A stretch of DNA of 59,882 bases, the filler included. It is 7 parts of 7 records of this genome, joined end to end, with 100 filler letters (N's around TTAATTAATTAA, not from the genome) between each part and the next. Parts side by side here need not be neighbours in the genome. Positions count along the whole stretch, not along the records: positions 23,946 to 29,306 come from SRR31156797_20846; positions 29,407 to 48,722 come from SRR31156797_20848; 5 more parts are not named here. One strand, given 5' to 3'. The notes under the pieces were generated by a model that had not been told where the DNA came from, did no database searches, and saw nothing but the letters and a program-made list of their open reading frames with translations. A program made the translations under genes and the position numbers. Below are positions 28,923-38,767 of the stretch, piece after piece (position 1 is the stretch's first letter; each line of letters begins with the position of its first letter).

Positions 28923-29306
28923 TTGAGAATACTGTCAGGAATTCAGCCAAGTGGTACAATCCACATTGGTAACTATTTTGGAATGATTAAAAAAATGATA
29001 GAAGCGCAAGATGATGGAGAATTATTTGCTTTTATTGCTTCATATCATGCACTTACTTCATTGAAAGATAAAGAGGCTTTAGAAAAAAATACTTTTGAAG
29101 CTGCTGTTAATTTTTTAGCTTTAGGGATGGACCCAGAGAAATCAACATTTTGGGTACAACACCATGTAAAAGAGGTATTAGAGCTTTATTGGCTTTTATC
29201 AAACCATACTTCAATGGGACTTTTAGAAAGAGCTCACTCATATAAAGATAAAACAGCAAAAGGGATTCAAGCAAATCATGGATTATTTTCATATCCTGTT
29301 TTAATG
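28923..29306 (+). CDS. trpS: Tryptophanyl-tRNA synthetase, 3'-truncated
   Basis: SGIQPSGTIHIGNY (HIGH motif), LERAHSYKDK, YPVLM. Confidence 0.96.
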
Positions 29307-29406
29307 NNNNNNNNNNNNNNNNNNNNNNNNNNNNNNNNNNNNNNNNNNNNTTAATTAATTAANNNNNNNNNNNNNNNNNNNNNNNNNNNNNNNNNNNNNN
29401 NNNNNN
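29307..29406. other. Artificial contig-joining spacer
   Basis: 44 N + TTAATTAATTAA + 44 N. Confidence 0.98.
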
Positions 29407-29577
29407 ACTGTCTTTTCGCCCAATCTCTTCGTTATGCTAAAAAAATACTCCTCGGAATATCAATTATATGCCTGCGGTTATTTTTTCAGCATGCCTCGAC
29501 CTTGAACGAAAATCCTAGTAAATCAACAGACTCATGTATGACCACAGTTTGGAAAAATTCACCACAGGAACCATTTT

Positions 29578-30261
29578 ATGGCGATTGTAACAGTTAACAA
29601 TATCAGCAGAATTTACCGGCAGGGAAGGAACGAATTCAAAGCCCTTGATTCCGTCTCACTGACCATTGCCAAAGGTGAATTCACGGCTCTTGCCGGTCCT
29701 TCCGGCAGCGGCAAAACCACCCTGCTCAACCTCATCGGTGGAATTGATGTAGCAGACGAGGGAACAATTCTGCTTGATGGCCAGGACCTCAGCGCCATGA
29801 AAAAAAGCGACCTTGCAGATCTCCGCCTACAGCACATTGGCTTTGTCTTTCAGTCGTTTAACCTGATTCCAGTGTTAACCGCTGCTGAGAATATTGAATA
29901 CATCCTTCGCCTCCAACATGTTTTGCCCTCCATCCGTAGACAAAAAGTAGAAGCAATCCTTGCAGATGTAGGACTTGCCGACAAGGCAAATCAACGTCCC
30001 AGCGAACTCTCCGGTGGTCAACAGCAGCGAATTGCAGTGGCCAGAGCCGTGGTTGCCTCCCCCTCCATTGTCCTGGCAGATGAACCGACAGCCAATCTAG
30101 ACTCGGTAACCGGCCAAAAACTGCTCGATCTGATGCAGCAAATGAACACTGACAAACAAGTCACCTTTGTTTTTGCAACCCATGACAAAATGGTCATGGA
30201 CTACGCGCGCAGGGTTGTCACCTTAAAAGACGGTCGCATAGCAGATGACATTCGGAAGTAA
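29578..30261 (+). CDS. ABC transporter ATP-binding protein, LolD/MacB type
   Basis: GPSGSGKT, LSGGQQQR, LADEPTANLD, ATHD. Confidence 0.95.
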   Translation: MAIVTVNNISRIYRQGRNEFKALDSVSLTIAKGEFTALAGPSGSGKTTLLNLIGGIDVADEGTILLDGQDLSAMKKSDLADLRLQHIGFVFQSFNLIPVLTAAENIEYILRLQHVLPSIRRQKVEAILADVGLADKANQRPSELSGGQQQRIAVARAVVASPSIVLADEPTANLDSVTGQKLLDLMQQMNTDKQVTFVFATHDKMVMDYARRVVTLKDGRIADDIRK

Positions 30262-31534
30262 CTCGCTGCTGCAGTCAACCGGAATGGCATTGCTGCTCTT
30301 GGTGGCAATGCATTCCGCCGCATTGGCGGAATGGACGTGGCAAGGGCAAATACGCACCCAGGGAAGTGTTTCTCATAGAGATGGGGACGACACCATTGCC
30401 CAAAACGAGGCCCAACAATACTTTGTAGATGGTGCTCTGGACGGCAGGATCAACCTGCAGTACCAGGCAACACCCTCTTTCTTTATGGAATGCAGCTACG
30501 AGGCTGCTATCAGCGGGGGCCAGACACGACGTGCTCTCCAGGGACTCGACACCCCATCCAGCTCACCCTTTTCCACAGCCCCTGGCTACCCCGATGACAG
30601 CCGCCAGCTTTTCTCCTTAACCGGTCTTCTCAAAGAAGACAGCGATGTCATTGCCTACCACCGACTAGACCGTTTGTTTGCGGTGCTCCAAACAGATATC
30701 GGTAGCTTTTCAATGGGCAGACAGGCACTTACCTGGGGCAACGGCATAATGTTCAATCCTGCTGATCTGGTCAATCCCTTTGCGCCGACCGATATCATCC
30801 GCGACTACAAAATTGGAAGCGACATGGCTCGTTACCAAGTGACCACAAACCACATCAACGACTTCCAACTGACAGTGGTCCCCAGAAGGGACGAGGAGAG
30901 CGGAGAAGTTGAGGCCTCAGCTTCCACGGCTGGTGCAAAGCTTAATTTTACTATCCAGGAAAACGATATAGACTTTTATCTCATGCGTAACTACGAGGAC
31001 ACCGTTTATGGGGTGGGAATCAATAGTTTCCTGGGGAGCGCCCTTTTCCGTACAGATATCATCGTGACCGATGCTGCAGAAGAAACTGGAACCTATATTT
31101 CGGCAGTTGCCAATCTGGATTATTCGTGGACCTGGGCCACAAAAAACTGGTACGGACTGTTGGAACTCTATTACAACGGCCTTGGTCATGATACCCCGCA
31201 GGAAGCATTCCAAGACCCCGCAACCCTTGAACGCCTTGCCCGCGGAGACCTCTTTGCCACGGGGAGATGGTATATCGACGGCATGCTCCAGTATGAACTG
31301 CATCCCCTGATACATCTTTATGCCTCAGCGATCGTCAACCTGGAGGACACCTCTTTTCTCCTCCAACCCAGGGTTGATTGGAGCATTACATCGTCCCTGC
31401 AGCTGCTTGTCGGCTGCAACATCCCGGTGGGAAGTGCAAACAGCGAATTTGGTTCCATCGCCTTCGACAATCCTCCAATAACCACAAGCCGTCCGACACA
31501 ACTCTATTTGGTCCTTACCTGGTATTTTAAATAA
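30245..31534 (+). CDS. Putative outer-membrane beta-barrel protein associated with LolD-like ABC systems
   Basis: Signal peptide, HRLDRL, GRQALTWGNG..FNPAD motif, C-terminal LTWYFK. Confidence 0.7.
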   Translation: MTFGSNSLLQSTGMALLLLVAMHSAALAEWTWQGQIRTQGSVSHRDGDDTIAQNEAQQYFVDGALDGRINLQYQATPSFFMECSYEAAISGGQTRRALQGLDTPSSSPFSTAPGYPDDSRQLFSLTGLLKEDSDVIAYHRLDRLFAVLQTDIGSFSMGRQALTWGNGIMFNPADLVNPFAPTDIIRDYKIGSDMARYQVTTNHINDFQLTVVPRRDEESGEVEASASTAGAKLNFTIQENDIDFYLMRNYEDTVYGVGINSFLGSALFRTDIIVTDAAEETGTYISAVANLDYSWTWATKNWYGLLELYYNGLGHDTPQEAFQDPATLERLARGDLFATGRWYIDGMLQYELHPLIHLYASAIVNLEDTSFLLQPRVDWSITSSLQLLVGCNIPVGSANSEFGSIAFDNPPITTSRPTQLYLVLTWYFK

Positions 31535-31611
31535 ATGGGCGTTACAATAGAGATCGTATTCAAACGTTCGTTTCCTTTTACTCGATCCTTTAAAGATGGT
31601 GAACTCTTACA

Positions 31612-32277
31612 ATGATACCTCTGATAGGCTTCATAGGTTGGCATAATTCAGGAAAGACAACGCTGGCGAGCAAAGTGGTTGAGCATCTCACCGGTCGTGG
31701 GTATTCAGTTGGTGTCATTAAATCAACTAAAGACATTGGAATTGCTTCTGACACTCCTGGTACAGACACTCATACGTATTCAATGGCAGGCGCTGCGGGT
31801 GTTGCCCTTGCCGCACCAGATCAATTGGTGGTACGCACTACAAAACCTGACCTTAATCTGCATCTATTGGCCGGGATCTATTTCAGTTCAATGGATATTG
31901 TGATCGCAGAAGGATTCAAGCATAACTCTTCTGTACCTAAAGTAGAGGTGCACCGAGAAGGAAACGACTTCCTCTATTCCAAAGTGGACAATGTCATCGC
32001 CCTGGTGGCTGATGAGGCAATGCCAGGCATCTCTCACTTTCATGCTGACCAAAGCGAAAAGCTGGCAACTATGATTGAAAAAATGTTCTGCAACCAAAAA
32101 CAAAAGTCCGCTAACAAATGCAACGTTACAGTTAACGGCCAGGAGATATCATTACCGTCAGCACTTGAGCAAAGCATCCTCCAGTCACTCCTTGGCTGGG
32201 CACAGACAAGTGAATTGCAAATGCAGGGTACAGCGCCCCGCATTAATATAGAACTCAACACAGGTAAAACTGATTAA
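31612..32277 (+). CDS. mobB: Molybdopterin-guanine dinucleotide biosynthesis protein B
   Basis: GWHNSGKTTL, DTPGTDT, DIVIAEGFK...PKVEV. Confidence 0.9.
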   Translation: MIPLIGFIGWHNSGKTTLASKVVEHLTGRGYSVGVIKSTKDIGIASDTPGTDTHTYSMAGAAGVALAAPDQLVVRTTKPDLNLHLLAGIYFSSMDIVIAEGFKHNSSVPKVEVHREGNDFLYSKVDNVIALVADEAMPGISHFHADQSEKLATMIEKMFCNQKQKSANKCNVTVNGQEISLPSALEQSILQSLLGWAQTSELQMQGTAPRINIELNTGKTD

Positions 32278-32422
32278 ATGAACAGATACTTTACTTTTAC
32301 GTTGATTCTCACATAGGGCTTGTAATACAAAGAGAAGAGACATCCTGAGTTAATTTCAATATCCTTTTATCCCAATCTCAGACCTATTCATCTATTTAGA
32401 GCGGCAGACTCTCAAAATCACC

Positions 32423-34768
32423 ATGAACAATATTGATTACCTTTTTCGCCATAGTTTTTCTTTTCTACCTCAAGGCTTCAAATCCCCAAAAATGAAATTC
32501 TTATGCTGGATACTCGTTTCCAGCATGATCAGCACTCTTCTTATAGCCTGTGACAAGCAAGAAAATAGTGAACCGGACAGAACCCACTATACCAGTGGTG
32601 TCGCATACCTGGAAAAAGGAGATGCACCGTCAGCAATAATAGAACTCCGCAACGCCATACAACTTGAGCCCAAGTTTGCCGATGCCCATTATCAGCTTTC
32701 TCTTGCCTATATGAAAAACCTCAACGGGCAACAAGCAATGGCCTCCATGATGCGAGCAACCTCGCTTGACCCAGAAAACATAGACGCAGCCCTCAAGATG
32801 GCGGGGATGCTCCTCCTTGCACACCAACTGGACGAAAGCCAGAAATATGCAATGCAAGTGCTTAACAAAGACCTTAATCACCCCGAGGCACTTACCATTA
32901 AAGCAACCATTGCATTAATGAAAAATGAGCTTCCAGAGGCTGACCACCTTATCAACAAGGTTATTAACCAACACCCTAATCGCGCACATCTCTACCGTAT
33001 TCGTGCCAATATCCTTCTTGCCCAGGGAAAAACCAAAGAGGCAGTGGCAGATCTGCTCCACTCCCTTGAACTCAACCCTGATGACAAGGAAACTCACTTA
33101 ATTTTAGCCAATTTTTATCTCAAGACTGGCCAATACAAGCTTGCAGAAAAGCAGTACATGGAAATGAAAATACGTTTTCCAGAAACACTTCGACCGTACG
33201 AAGGACTAACCAAGGTGTACCTGCGAACAAAACAAATCGATAACATCGAACCCACCCTCAAAGAGGGACTTGCAAAAAATCCAGCAGAAGCAGAGCTCTA
33301 TCTCCTACTCAGTGACTTTTATAAAAACAAAGGGGACCTGCAGCGAGCCGAATTAATGCTCAAAGATGCGCTCACCCAAGTTGAGCAGCCTCTTGACATA
33401 CAAGCAGCGCTTGCTGACTTTTACTTATCCAAAGGTCAAAAGCAAGCTGCTGAAAGTAGGTTAACTGAAATTCTCACTGAAAACCCCAAGCACCCAAAGG
33501 CACGATTAATACAAGCTAAAATACTGCTAGGCCAAAATGAGATAGACGATGCACTAGGCATCATAAATGAGCTTATTGGCGATGATCCTAAATGGGGGGA
33601 AGCATACTTTTTCCAGGCCATTGGTCACCTCAAACAAGGGGAAAACGAGGTCGCCCAGACCGCACTTACCAGCTGCCTCCAATACAGCCCTCAATTACCA
33701 CAGGCACACCTACTGCAAGCACAATTCTCCATGCAGGATGGAGCCTTTGCTGCAGCCCGTCAGCATGCACAAACGGCATTAATCCTCCAACCAAAAAGCA
33801 AAAGGGCCGGTATCCTTATTGGGCAAAGTTATCTTGGTGAAAAAAATACAGAAAAAGCCATTGAAAAATTCACCATCCTCACCAAGCTCTATCCAGGTGA
33901 CTTGGATATGCGACAGTACCTAGGAGTTACATTGTTACAAAACAATGATGTTAAACAAGCTACAAAACTCTTTACTGAAATCCTATCTTTTGATCCCAAT
34001 TACTCTCCAGCACTTGGCGCGTTAGTTGATATAGCCATAAAGCAAAACGATCTTAAAAGTGCGTATAAATGGGTGAACAAACAACTGGAGATAGCTCCTG
34101 ACGAGCCACGCCATTACCTGTTACTTTCCAGATTACTGGTTGCTGAAGGTAAATATAACGAGGCAATAACCAAGCTCAATAAAGCTTTAAAACTTGATCC
34201 AAGCAACACTGCCGTGTCCCAAGCTCTTGCTCGAGCCTATGCAATGACAGGCAAAAATGAAAGTGCTATCGTCCAATATCGCACGTTACTTTCCTGGGAT
34301 CCGGGAAATGTTTCCGGATATATGGAATTAGCGGATTTGCTCATCACGCTGGATGACCAAACAGGAGCGATGGAACTCTATAGAGACCTGCTTGCAATCC
34401 GTCCATCTCACAGTCAGGCTGCGAATAATCTGGCCTGGTTAATTACTCAGCAAGAAGACGGGGACTTCAGTGAGGCCTTCCGCTATGCTTTGATGGCAAG
34501 ACAACGAGATTCCGGAAATCCGTACTATTGGGACACCTTAGGCTGGATTTACTTTAAACGCGGAGATATTGATAAGGCCTTGGAAGAACTCAACGAAGCG
34601 ATTAAAATGAGACCTGATGAACCGGCTTTCTATTATCACCTAGCTCTAATACACCAACACCAAGGCGAATTTTTCATGGCAGTTGAACTACTTAGGAAAA
34701 GTTTAACGTTAGAGAAAAATTTTCAACAACGTGAAGAAGCCCAATCTCTTTTGCACATGCTAGAATAA
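32423..34768 (+). CDS. TPR-repeat lipoprotein, PEP-CTERM system PrsT-like
   Basis: LIAC lipobox, AIIELRNAIQ, many TPRs, ANNLAW and DTLGWIY; immediately upstream of a PEP-CTERM gene. Confidence 0.8.
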   Translation: MNNIDYLFRHSFSFLPQGFKSPKMKFLCWILVSSMISTLLIACDKQENSEPDRTHYTSGVAYLEKGDAPSAIIELRNAIQLEPKFADAHYQLSLAYMKNLNGQQAMASMMRATSLDPENIDAALKMAGMLLLAHQLDESQKYAMQVLNKDLNHPEALTIKATIALMKNELPEADHLINKVINQHPNRAHLYRIRANILLAQGKTKEAVADLLHSLELNPDDKETHLILANFYLKTGQYKLAEKQYMEMKIRFPETLRPYEGLTKVYLRTKQIDNIEPTLKEGLAKNPAEAELYLLLSDFYKNKGDLQRAELMLKDALTQVEQPLDIQAALADFYLSKGQKQAAESRLTEILTENPKHPKARLIQAKILLGQNEIDDALGIINELIGDDPKWGEAYFFQAIGHLKQGENEVAQTALTSCLQYSPQLPQAHLLQAQFSMQDGAFAAARQHAQTALILQPKSKRAGILIGQSYLGEKNTEKAIEKFTILTKLYPGDLDMRQYLGVTLLQNNDVKQATKLFTEILSFDPNYSPALGALVDIAIKQNDLKSAYKWVNKQLEIAPDEPRHYLLLSRLLVAEGKYNEAITKLNKALKLDPSNTAVSQALARAYAMTGKNESAIVQYRTLLSWDPGNVSGYMELADLLITLDDQTGAMELYRDLLAIRPSHSQAANNLAWLITQQEDGDFSEAFRYALMARQRDSGNPYYWDTLGWIYFKRGDIDKALEELNEAIKMRPDEPAFYYHLALIHQHQGEFFMAVELLRKSLTLEKNFQQREEAQSLLHMLE

Positions 34769-34785
34769 CCACTATAAAGCCAAAC

Positions 34786-34801
34786 TGGAATAGAAACTGC
34801 A
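34786..34801 (+). promoter_or_regulatory. Sigma54 promoter (-24/-12)
   Basis: TGGAAT-AGAAA-CTGCA with correct GG-N10-GC spacing, 40 bp before the PEP-CTERM ATG. Confidence 0.75.
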
Positions 34802-34841
34802 TCAAAATATTTAGTCAAATATATTATCCACAGAGGGGAAA

Positions 34842-35540
34842 ATGAAGAAAATAGCAAGGAAGATATTCATTTTAAGTGCAACATTGATATGTTCTGCAAG
34901 TATTGCAAATGCAGAGGTAGAATCTTCAACTTATATCTTTTCAACGAGTAATCTTAATAGTTTAAGTCACGGAAAATATTACGCATGGAATATAGCGTTA
35001 GATAATTCTGTAACCACCGCCCTAAACACTGAAAGTGCAAATATTTCGAGTGCGTCGATAACTTTTAGTAGTATATGGAACAATACCGGAGAAGATTACG
35101 ACCTGTGGGTTAATTTACTAGATGGTTGGGAAGGACGATTTGGGTATACCTGGACGTATGCTTGGGATGACAATTATGCGGCGGCGAGTAACGCATGGGA
35201 ATCAACTGGTATGGCCTCTTATGAAATGGCCCAATACAGTGGTAACCATACTGGAAACGGTATAATTGAAGATGCTATACCCACAACTCAGGGATCTGCA
35301 ACTGATGTAACTTATGTGTTCAATTCAGATGATAGAGAAGCGTTACTAGCTTTTGCAAAGGATGGTATCGCTGCGTTGGGACTTGACCCTGATTGCCACT
35401 TTTATGACACAGGCATAACCTTGGAATTCACTGTCAGCCAAGGACAAGGTGGAAGTCAAGTGCCCGAACCATCCACCATGCTTCTCTTCGGATCAGGTTT
35501 AGCTGGCCTTGCAGGGGTTGCAAGAAGAAAACGGAAATAA
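34842..35540 (+). CDS. PEP-CTERM (exosortase-sorted) surface protein
   Basis: Signal peptide; C-terminal VPEPSTMLLFGSGLAGLAGVARRKRK; internal GLDPDCHFY motif. Confidence 0.95.
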   Translation: MKKIARKIFILSATLICSASIANAEVESSTYIFSTSNLNSLSHGKYYAWNIALDNSVTTALNTESANISSASITFSSIWNNTGEDYDLWVNLLDGWEGRFGYTWTYAWDDNYAAASNAWESTGMASYEMAQYSGNHTGNGIIEDAIPTTQGSATDVTYVFNSDDREALLAFAKDGIAALGLDPDCHFYDTGITLEFTVSQGQGGSQVPEPSTMLLFGSGLAGLAGVARRKRK

Positions 35541-35556
35541 ATACACTTTCATATAC

Positions 35557-35593
35557 AAAAGAAGGGGTGAGCCTTTAGGTTCACCCCTTTTTT
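35557..35593. terminator. Bidirectional intrinsic terminator
   Basis: AAGGGGTGAGCC-TTTA-GGTTCACCCCTT flanked by A and T runs, between convergent genes. Confidence 0.85.
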
Positions 35594-35650
35594 GTTTCCA
35601 ACTGAAAATTTTCTCAAAGAATCCCTGACAAACTACCTCTGTGGCAACCT

Positions 35651-35860
35651 TTACAGCTTACCCTTCCTTTTAACGCGGCTATACCGAAACCAAAATCCAG
35701 CCACAGCAAGGCCAACGCCCACGCCAATAACGCAATATTTAACGATATTGACATCAATGGCCCGACTGGCCACCACTATCAGCGAAATGCCAAGGACAAT
35801 CAGCAGCCAGTCGGTGATGATATGAAAAAAGTTATTTACCGTCTGTAATAAAGAAGGCAA
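35651..35860 (-). CDS. Small 2-TM membrane protein
   Basis: Two hydrophobic helices, basic tail, RBS GGAG; directly downstream of leuA. Confidence 0.6.
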   Translation of the reverse strand: MPSLLQTVNNFFHIITDWLLIVLGISLIVVASRAIDVNIVKYCVIGVGVGLAVAGFWFRYSRVKRKGKL

Positions 35861-35884
35861 TGTTTGCTCTCCACTTGTTGAGGC

Positions 35885-37600
35885 TTAATTGGCCTTGTTA
35901 TCAGACCTATTCAAGGCACTGAGCAACGCTTTAATGGATGAAATGATAATATCTGTATCCACACCCGCACCCCACCAGCTCTCATTGTCCTGGTCATATA
36001 TTTCTATATAGGTCACCGCTTTGGAGGAACTGCCTTTGGTCAGAGCGTGCTCATGATAGGCATGCAGCGTGAAATCCAAACCAAGGGTATCCCGCAATCC
36101 CTGACAAAACCCATCAAGCGGACCGTTACCGACGGCTTCAACCCATTTTTGCTCTCCGTGAACCTCCAACATGGCCTCAACCTCGGCAGTTGAAGCTTCC
36201 TCATCGTTATCTAAATGCCGTTTGGTTACATTAAAGGCCTTTAAGGCATACTCTTTGTTATTAAAAAGATACTCTTTTTCAAATGCATGAAAAATCATGT
36301 CCGGGCTTAACTCATCACCCTGCGCATCTGCAATTTCCTGAACAACGCGGCCAAAACCTGGATGCATTTCTTTAGGCAGCTTAAAGCCGAAATCCTTATC
36401 CATCACATAGGCGACCCCACCCTTTCCAGACTGAGAGTTAATGCGGATAATGGACTCATAGGTTCGCCCGACATCCTGCGGATCGATCGGCAGGTAAGGC
36501 ACTTCCCAGAGACTCTGCGCATCATGAAGAATCGCATCCATGCCTTTGTTGATGGCATCCTGATGGGAGCCTGAAAAAGCAGTGTACACCAATTCACCGG
36601 CATAGGGGTGCCGCGAATGAACACTCATTTTGGTGCAGCGCTCATACACATTGATAACCTTGTTGATATTGGACAAATCAAGTTCAGGGTCAACTCCCTG
36701 GGTGAACATATTCAAAGCCAAGGTGACCAAGTCCACATTACCAGTCCGTTCTCCATTACCAAAAAGAGTTCCTTCCACCCTGTCGGCCCCAGCCATGAGG
36801 GCCAGCTCGGTAGCTGCCACTGCTGTGCCCCGGTCATTATGACCGTGAAGACTAATTAATGCGCAGTCTCTGCTGGTCAGGTTACGGCAGAACCACTCTA
36901 TCTGGTCGGCATAGATATTTGGGGTCGACATTTCAACCGTGGCAGGCAGGTTGAGAATGACCGGGTTTTCTGGCGAAGGCTCCCACACGTCCATAATCGC
37001 TTCACATATCTCAAGGGCAAAATCGAGCTCTGTTCCAGTAAAACTCTCGGGTGAATACTCATAGCGGACCTGAACATCGCTGTCTTTTGCCAGCTCGTGG
37101 ATCACTTTTGCACCTTCAACCCCAAGAGCAATGATCTCCTGACGTCCCATTTTAAACACTACATCGCGCTGCAGGGTCGAAGTGGAGTTATAAAGATGAA
37201 CTATTGCTTCTTTGGCTCCCTCGAGGGATTTGAAGGTTTTCCTGATCAACTGCTCCTTGGATTGGGTCAGGGTCTGGATCAGTACTCCCTCTGGAATCCT
37301 GTTTCCCTCGATAAGCATCCGCATAAAATCAAACTCAATCTGAGATGCTGCAGGGAACCCGACTTCGATCTCCTTGAACCCGACATTGGTCAACAGTTGA
37401 AAAAGTTCCAACTTTTCTTCAAGGTTCATCGGCTGAATAAGAGCTTGATTACCGTCCCGCAGGTCGACACTGCACCAGGTAGGCGCTGTATCAATCACTT
37501 TTGACGGCCAGGTACGATCGGGCAGATCGATCCGATTATAGGGTTTATATTTTCGGGTCTTCATCGGGTCCATTTCCATCTCCACATAAGCAGAAGTCAA
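35885..37600 (-). CDS. leuA: 2-isopropylmalate synthase (yeast/mycobacterial-type LeuA)
   Basis: WCSVDLRDGNQAL, YSPESF, HGHNDRG, GNGERTGN, FSGSHQDAI, INSQSGKGG, GNGP. True start is probably one of the ATGs at about 37579-37564 rather than the TTG. Confidence 0.96.
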   Translation of the reverse strand: MTSAYVEMEMDPMKTRKYKPYNRIDLPDRTWPSKVIDTAPTWCSVDLRDGNQALIQPMNLEEKLELFQLLTNVGFKEIEVGFPAASQIEFDFMRMLIEGNRIPEGVLIQTLTQSKEQLIRKTFKSLEGAKEAIVHLYNSTSTLQRDVVFKMGRQEIIALGVEGAKVIHELAKDSDVQVRYEYSPESFTGTELDFALEICEAIMDVWEPSPENPVILNLPATVEMSTPNIYADQIEWFCRNLTSRDCALISLHGHNDRGTAVAATELALMAGADRVEGTLFGNGERTGNVDLVTLALNMFTQGVDPELDLSNINKVINVYERCTKMSVHSRHPYAGELVYTAFSGSHQDAINKGMDAILHDAQSLWEVPYLPIDPQDVGRTYESIIRINSQSGKGGVAYVMDKDFGFKLPKEMHPGFGRVVQEIADAQGDELSPDMIFHAFEKEYLFNNKEYALKAFNVTKRHLDNDEEASTAEVEAMLEVHGEQKWVEAVGNGPLDGFCQGLRDTLGLDFTLHAYHEHALTKGSSSKAVTYIEIYDQDNESWWGAGVDTDIIISSIKALLSALNRSDNKAN

Positions 37601-37606
37601 AAAAAC

Positions 37607-37642
37607 AAAAAAAAAGCCACGGTTTATAGAAACCGTGGCTTT
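37607..37642 (-). terminator. Attenuator terminator upstream of leuA
   Basis: Minus strand AAAGCCACGGTTT-CTAT-AAACCGTGGCTTT followed by a long U run. Confidence 0.9.
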
Positions 37643-37665
37643 AAAGGGTCAGTCCTAATACTTTC

Positions 37666-37755
37666 TCAGAAAAAAGCGCCCTCTTCTACCACGGGTGTGG
37701 GTAGCAGTTCATCTAGAAGCAGAAGTAGAGCGAGTTTTTTTGGCATATCAGTCAT
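37666..37755 (-). CDS. leuL: Leucine-rich leader peptide (leuA attenuator)
   Basis: MTDMPKKLALLLLLDELLPTPVVEEGAFF*: 8 Leu codons, 3 of them CTA; ends 23 nt before the terminator. Confidence 0.85.
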   Translation of the reverse strand: MTDMPKKLALLLLLDELLPTPVVEEGAFF

Positions 37756-37778
37756 GAATTGTTTTATAATTTCTCTAT

Positions 37779-37806
37779 ATACTAAAGCCAGACACCAGAT
37801 TGTCAA
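37779..37806 (-). promoter_or_regulatory. Sigma70 promoter of the leu leader
   Basis: Minus strand TTGACA-N16-TAGTAT, just upstream of the leader ATG. Confidence 0.7.
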
Positions 37807-38001
37807 GCAAGAAATGGACATATCTAAAAGTGTTCTCGCCTCCCATAGATCAACAGAGGGGCAACATCTTTCAATATTTTTTTCAGGAAGCAAACATTAC
37901 CTGCGACACCTCATAATAAAAGAGAGTAATAAAACACGCCCACTTGCACCTGGTTAAAGACCAAGCTGTCAGTAAAAGTGCTTGCCGGGTAATCCACCTT
38001 T

Positions 38002-38469
38002 TTACCTACAAATATCTGCAAAAGTCGCATCGGTTAATTTCACTAGATCATCAGGTTCTACCTCCAGTTCCAGACCTCGGCGACCGGCACTAACAAAGAT
38101 GGTAGGATATTTATGCGCTGAAGAATCAATGATGGTTACAAGTTTTCTTTTTTGTCCAAGTGGGCTAACACCACCTAAAACATACCCTGTAGACTTTTCA
38201 ACATCTGCGGGTTCAGCCATACCCGCTTTTTTTACTCCAACAGCTTTTGCAATCCGTTTCATATCAAGTGATGAGCTAACCGGAACCACTCCCACTATTA
38301 AATCTTTTGGCCCGACTCTGACGACAAGTGTCTTAAATATCCTTTCTTCAGCTACTTCCATTTTCTCGGCTGCTTCAGCCCCATAAGAATCACTTTTGGG
38401 GTCGTGAAAATATTCATGCACTCTGTAAAAAATCTTTGCTCTTTTTGCAGTATTGATTCCTGGTGTCAT
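38002..38469 (-). CDS. ybaK: Cys-tRNA(Pro) deacylase YbaK/EbsC
   Basis: MTPGIN..., IFKTLV, TGYVLGGVSPLGQK, SAGRRG. Start set at ATG 38469. Confidence 0.93.
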   Translation of the reverse strand: MTPGINTAKRAKIFYRVHEYFHDPKSDSYGAEAAEKMEVAEERIFKTLVVRVGPKDLIVGVVPVSSSLDMKRIAKAVGVKKAGMAEPADVEKSTGYVLGGVSPLGQKRKLVTIIDSSAHKYPTIFVSAGRRGLELEVEPDDLVKLTDATFADICR

Positions 38470-38542
38470 CTTTTCCCCGTACTCATTCTTTGTAACTGTT
38501 CGATTCCATTCTTCTCCGCTCCTTCCCCCTTCCCCTTTTCTC

Positions 38543-38767
38543 ACTTACCCATGGATCATGGCAAGAAACAAAGTCCTTTTTAAAGGCGACTCCGTTACAA
38601 TCAATACCGACCATGGTTTGTGTCAGCCGCAGGGGGCCACTGCCGGTCAACCTGCCGCATCTAGATTTATCGATTTTATCAATTCTGAAAAAGGACAAAA
38701 GATTATTAGCAGCTACGGCAAGGACATGTACAATGACGCCGAATATGCAAAGAAATACGAGCACTGA
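38543..38767 (+). pseudogene. tupA: C-terminal remnant of tungstate ABC substrate-binding protein (TupA-like)
   Basis: KVLFKGDSVTINTDHGLCQPQGATAGQPAASRFIDFINSEKGQKIISSYGKD...YNDAEYAKKYEH resembles the TupA C-terminus; no N-terminus is present. Confidence 0.6.

Noticed and set aside
37666-37893. 75-aa ORF upstream of leuA as a protein gene
   Set aside because: Its 5' part spans the promoter; only the last 26-29 codons make sense, as the leader peptide.
38453-38767. 104-aa ORF as an intact gene
   Set aside because: Its N-terminal part overlaps the ybaK start and upstream region on the opposite strand; only the 3' part looks protein-like (tupA remnant).
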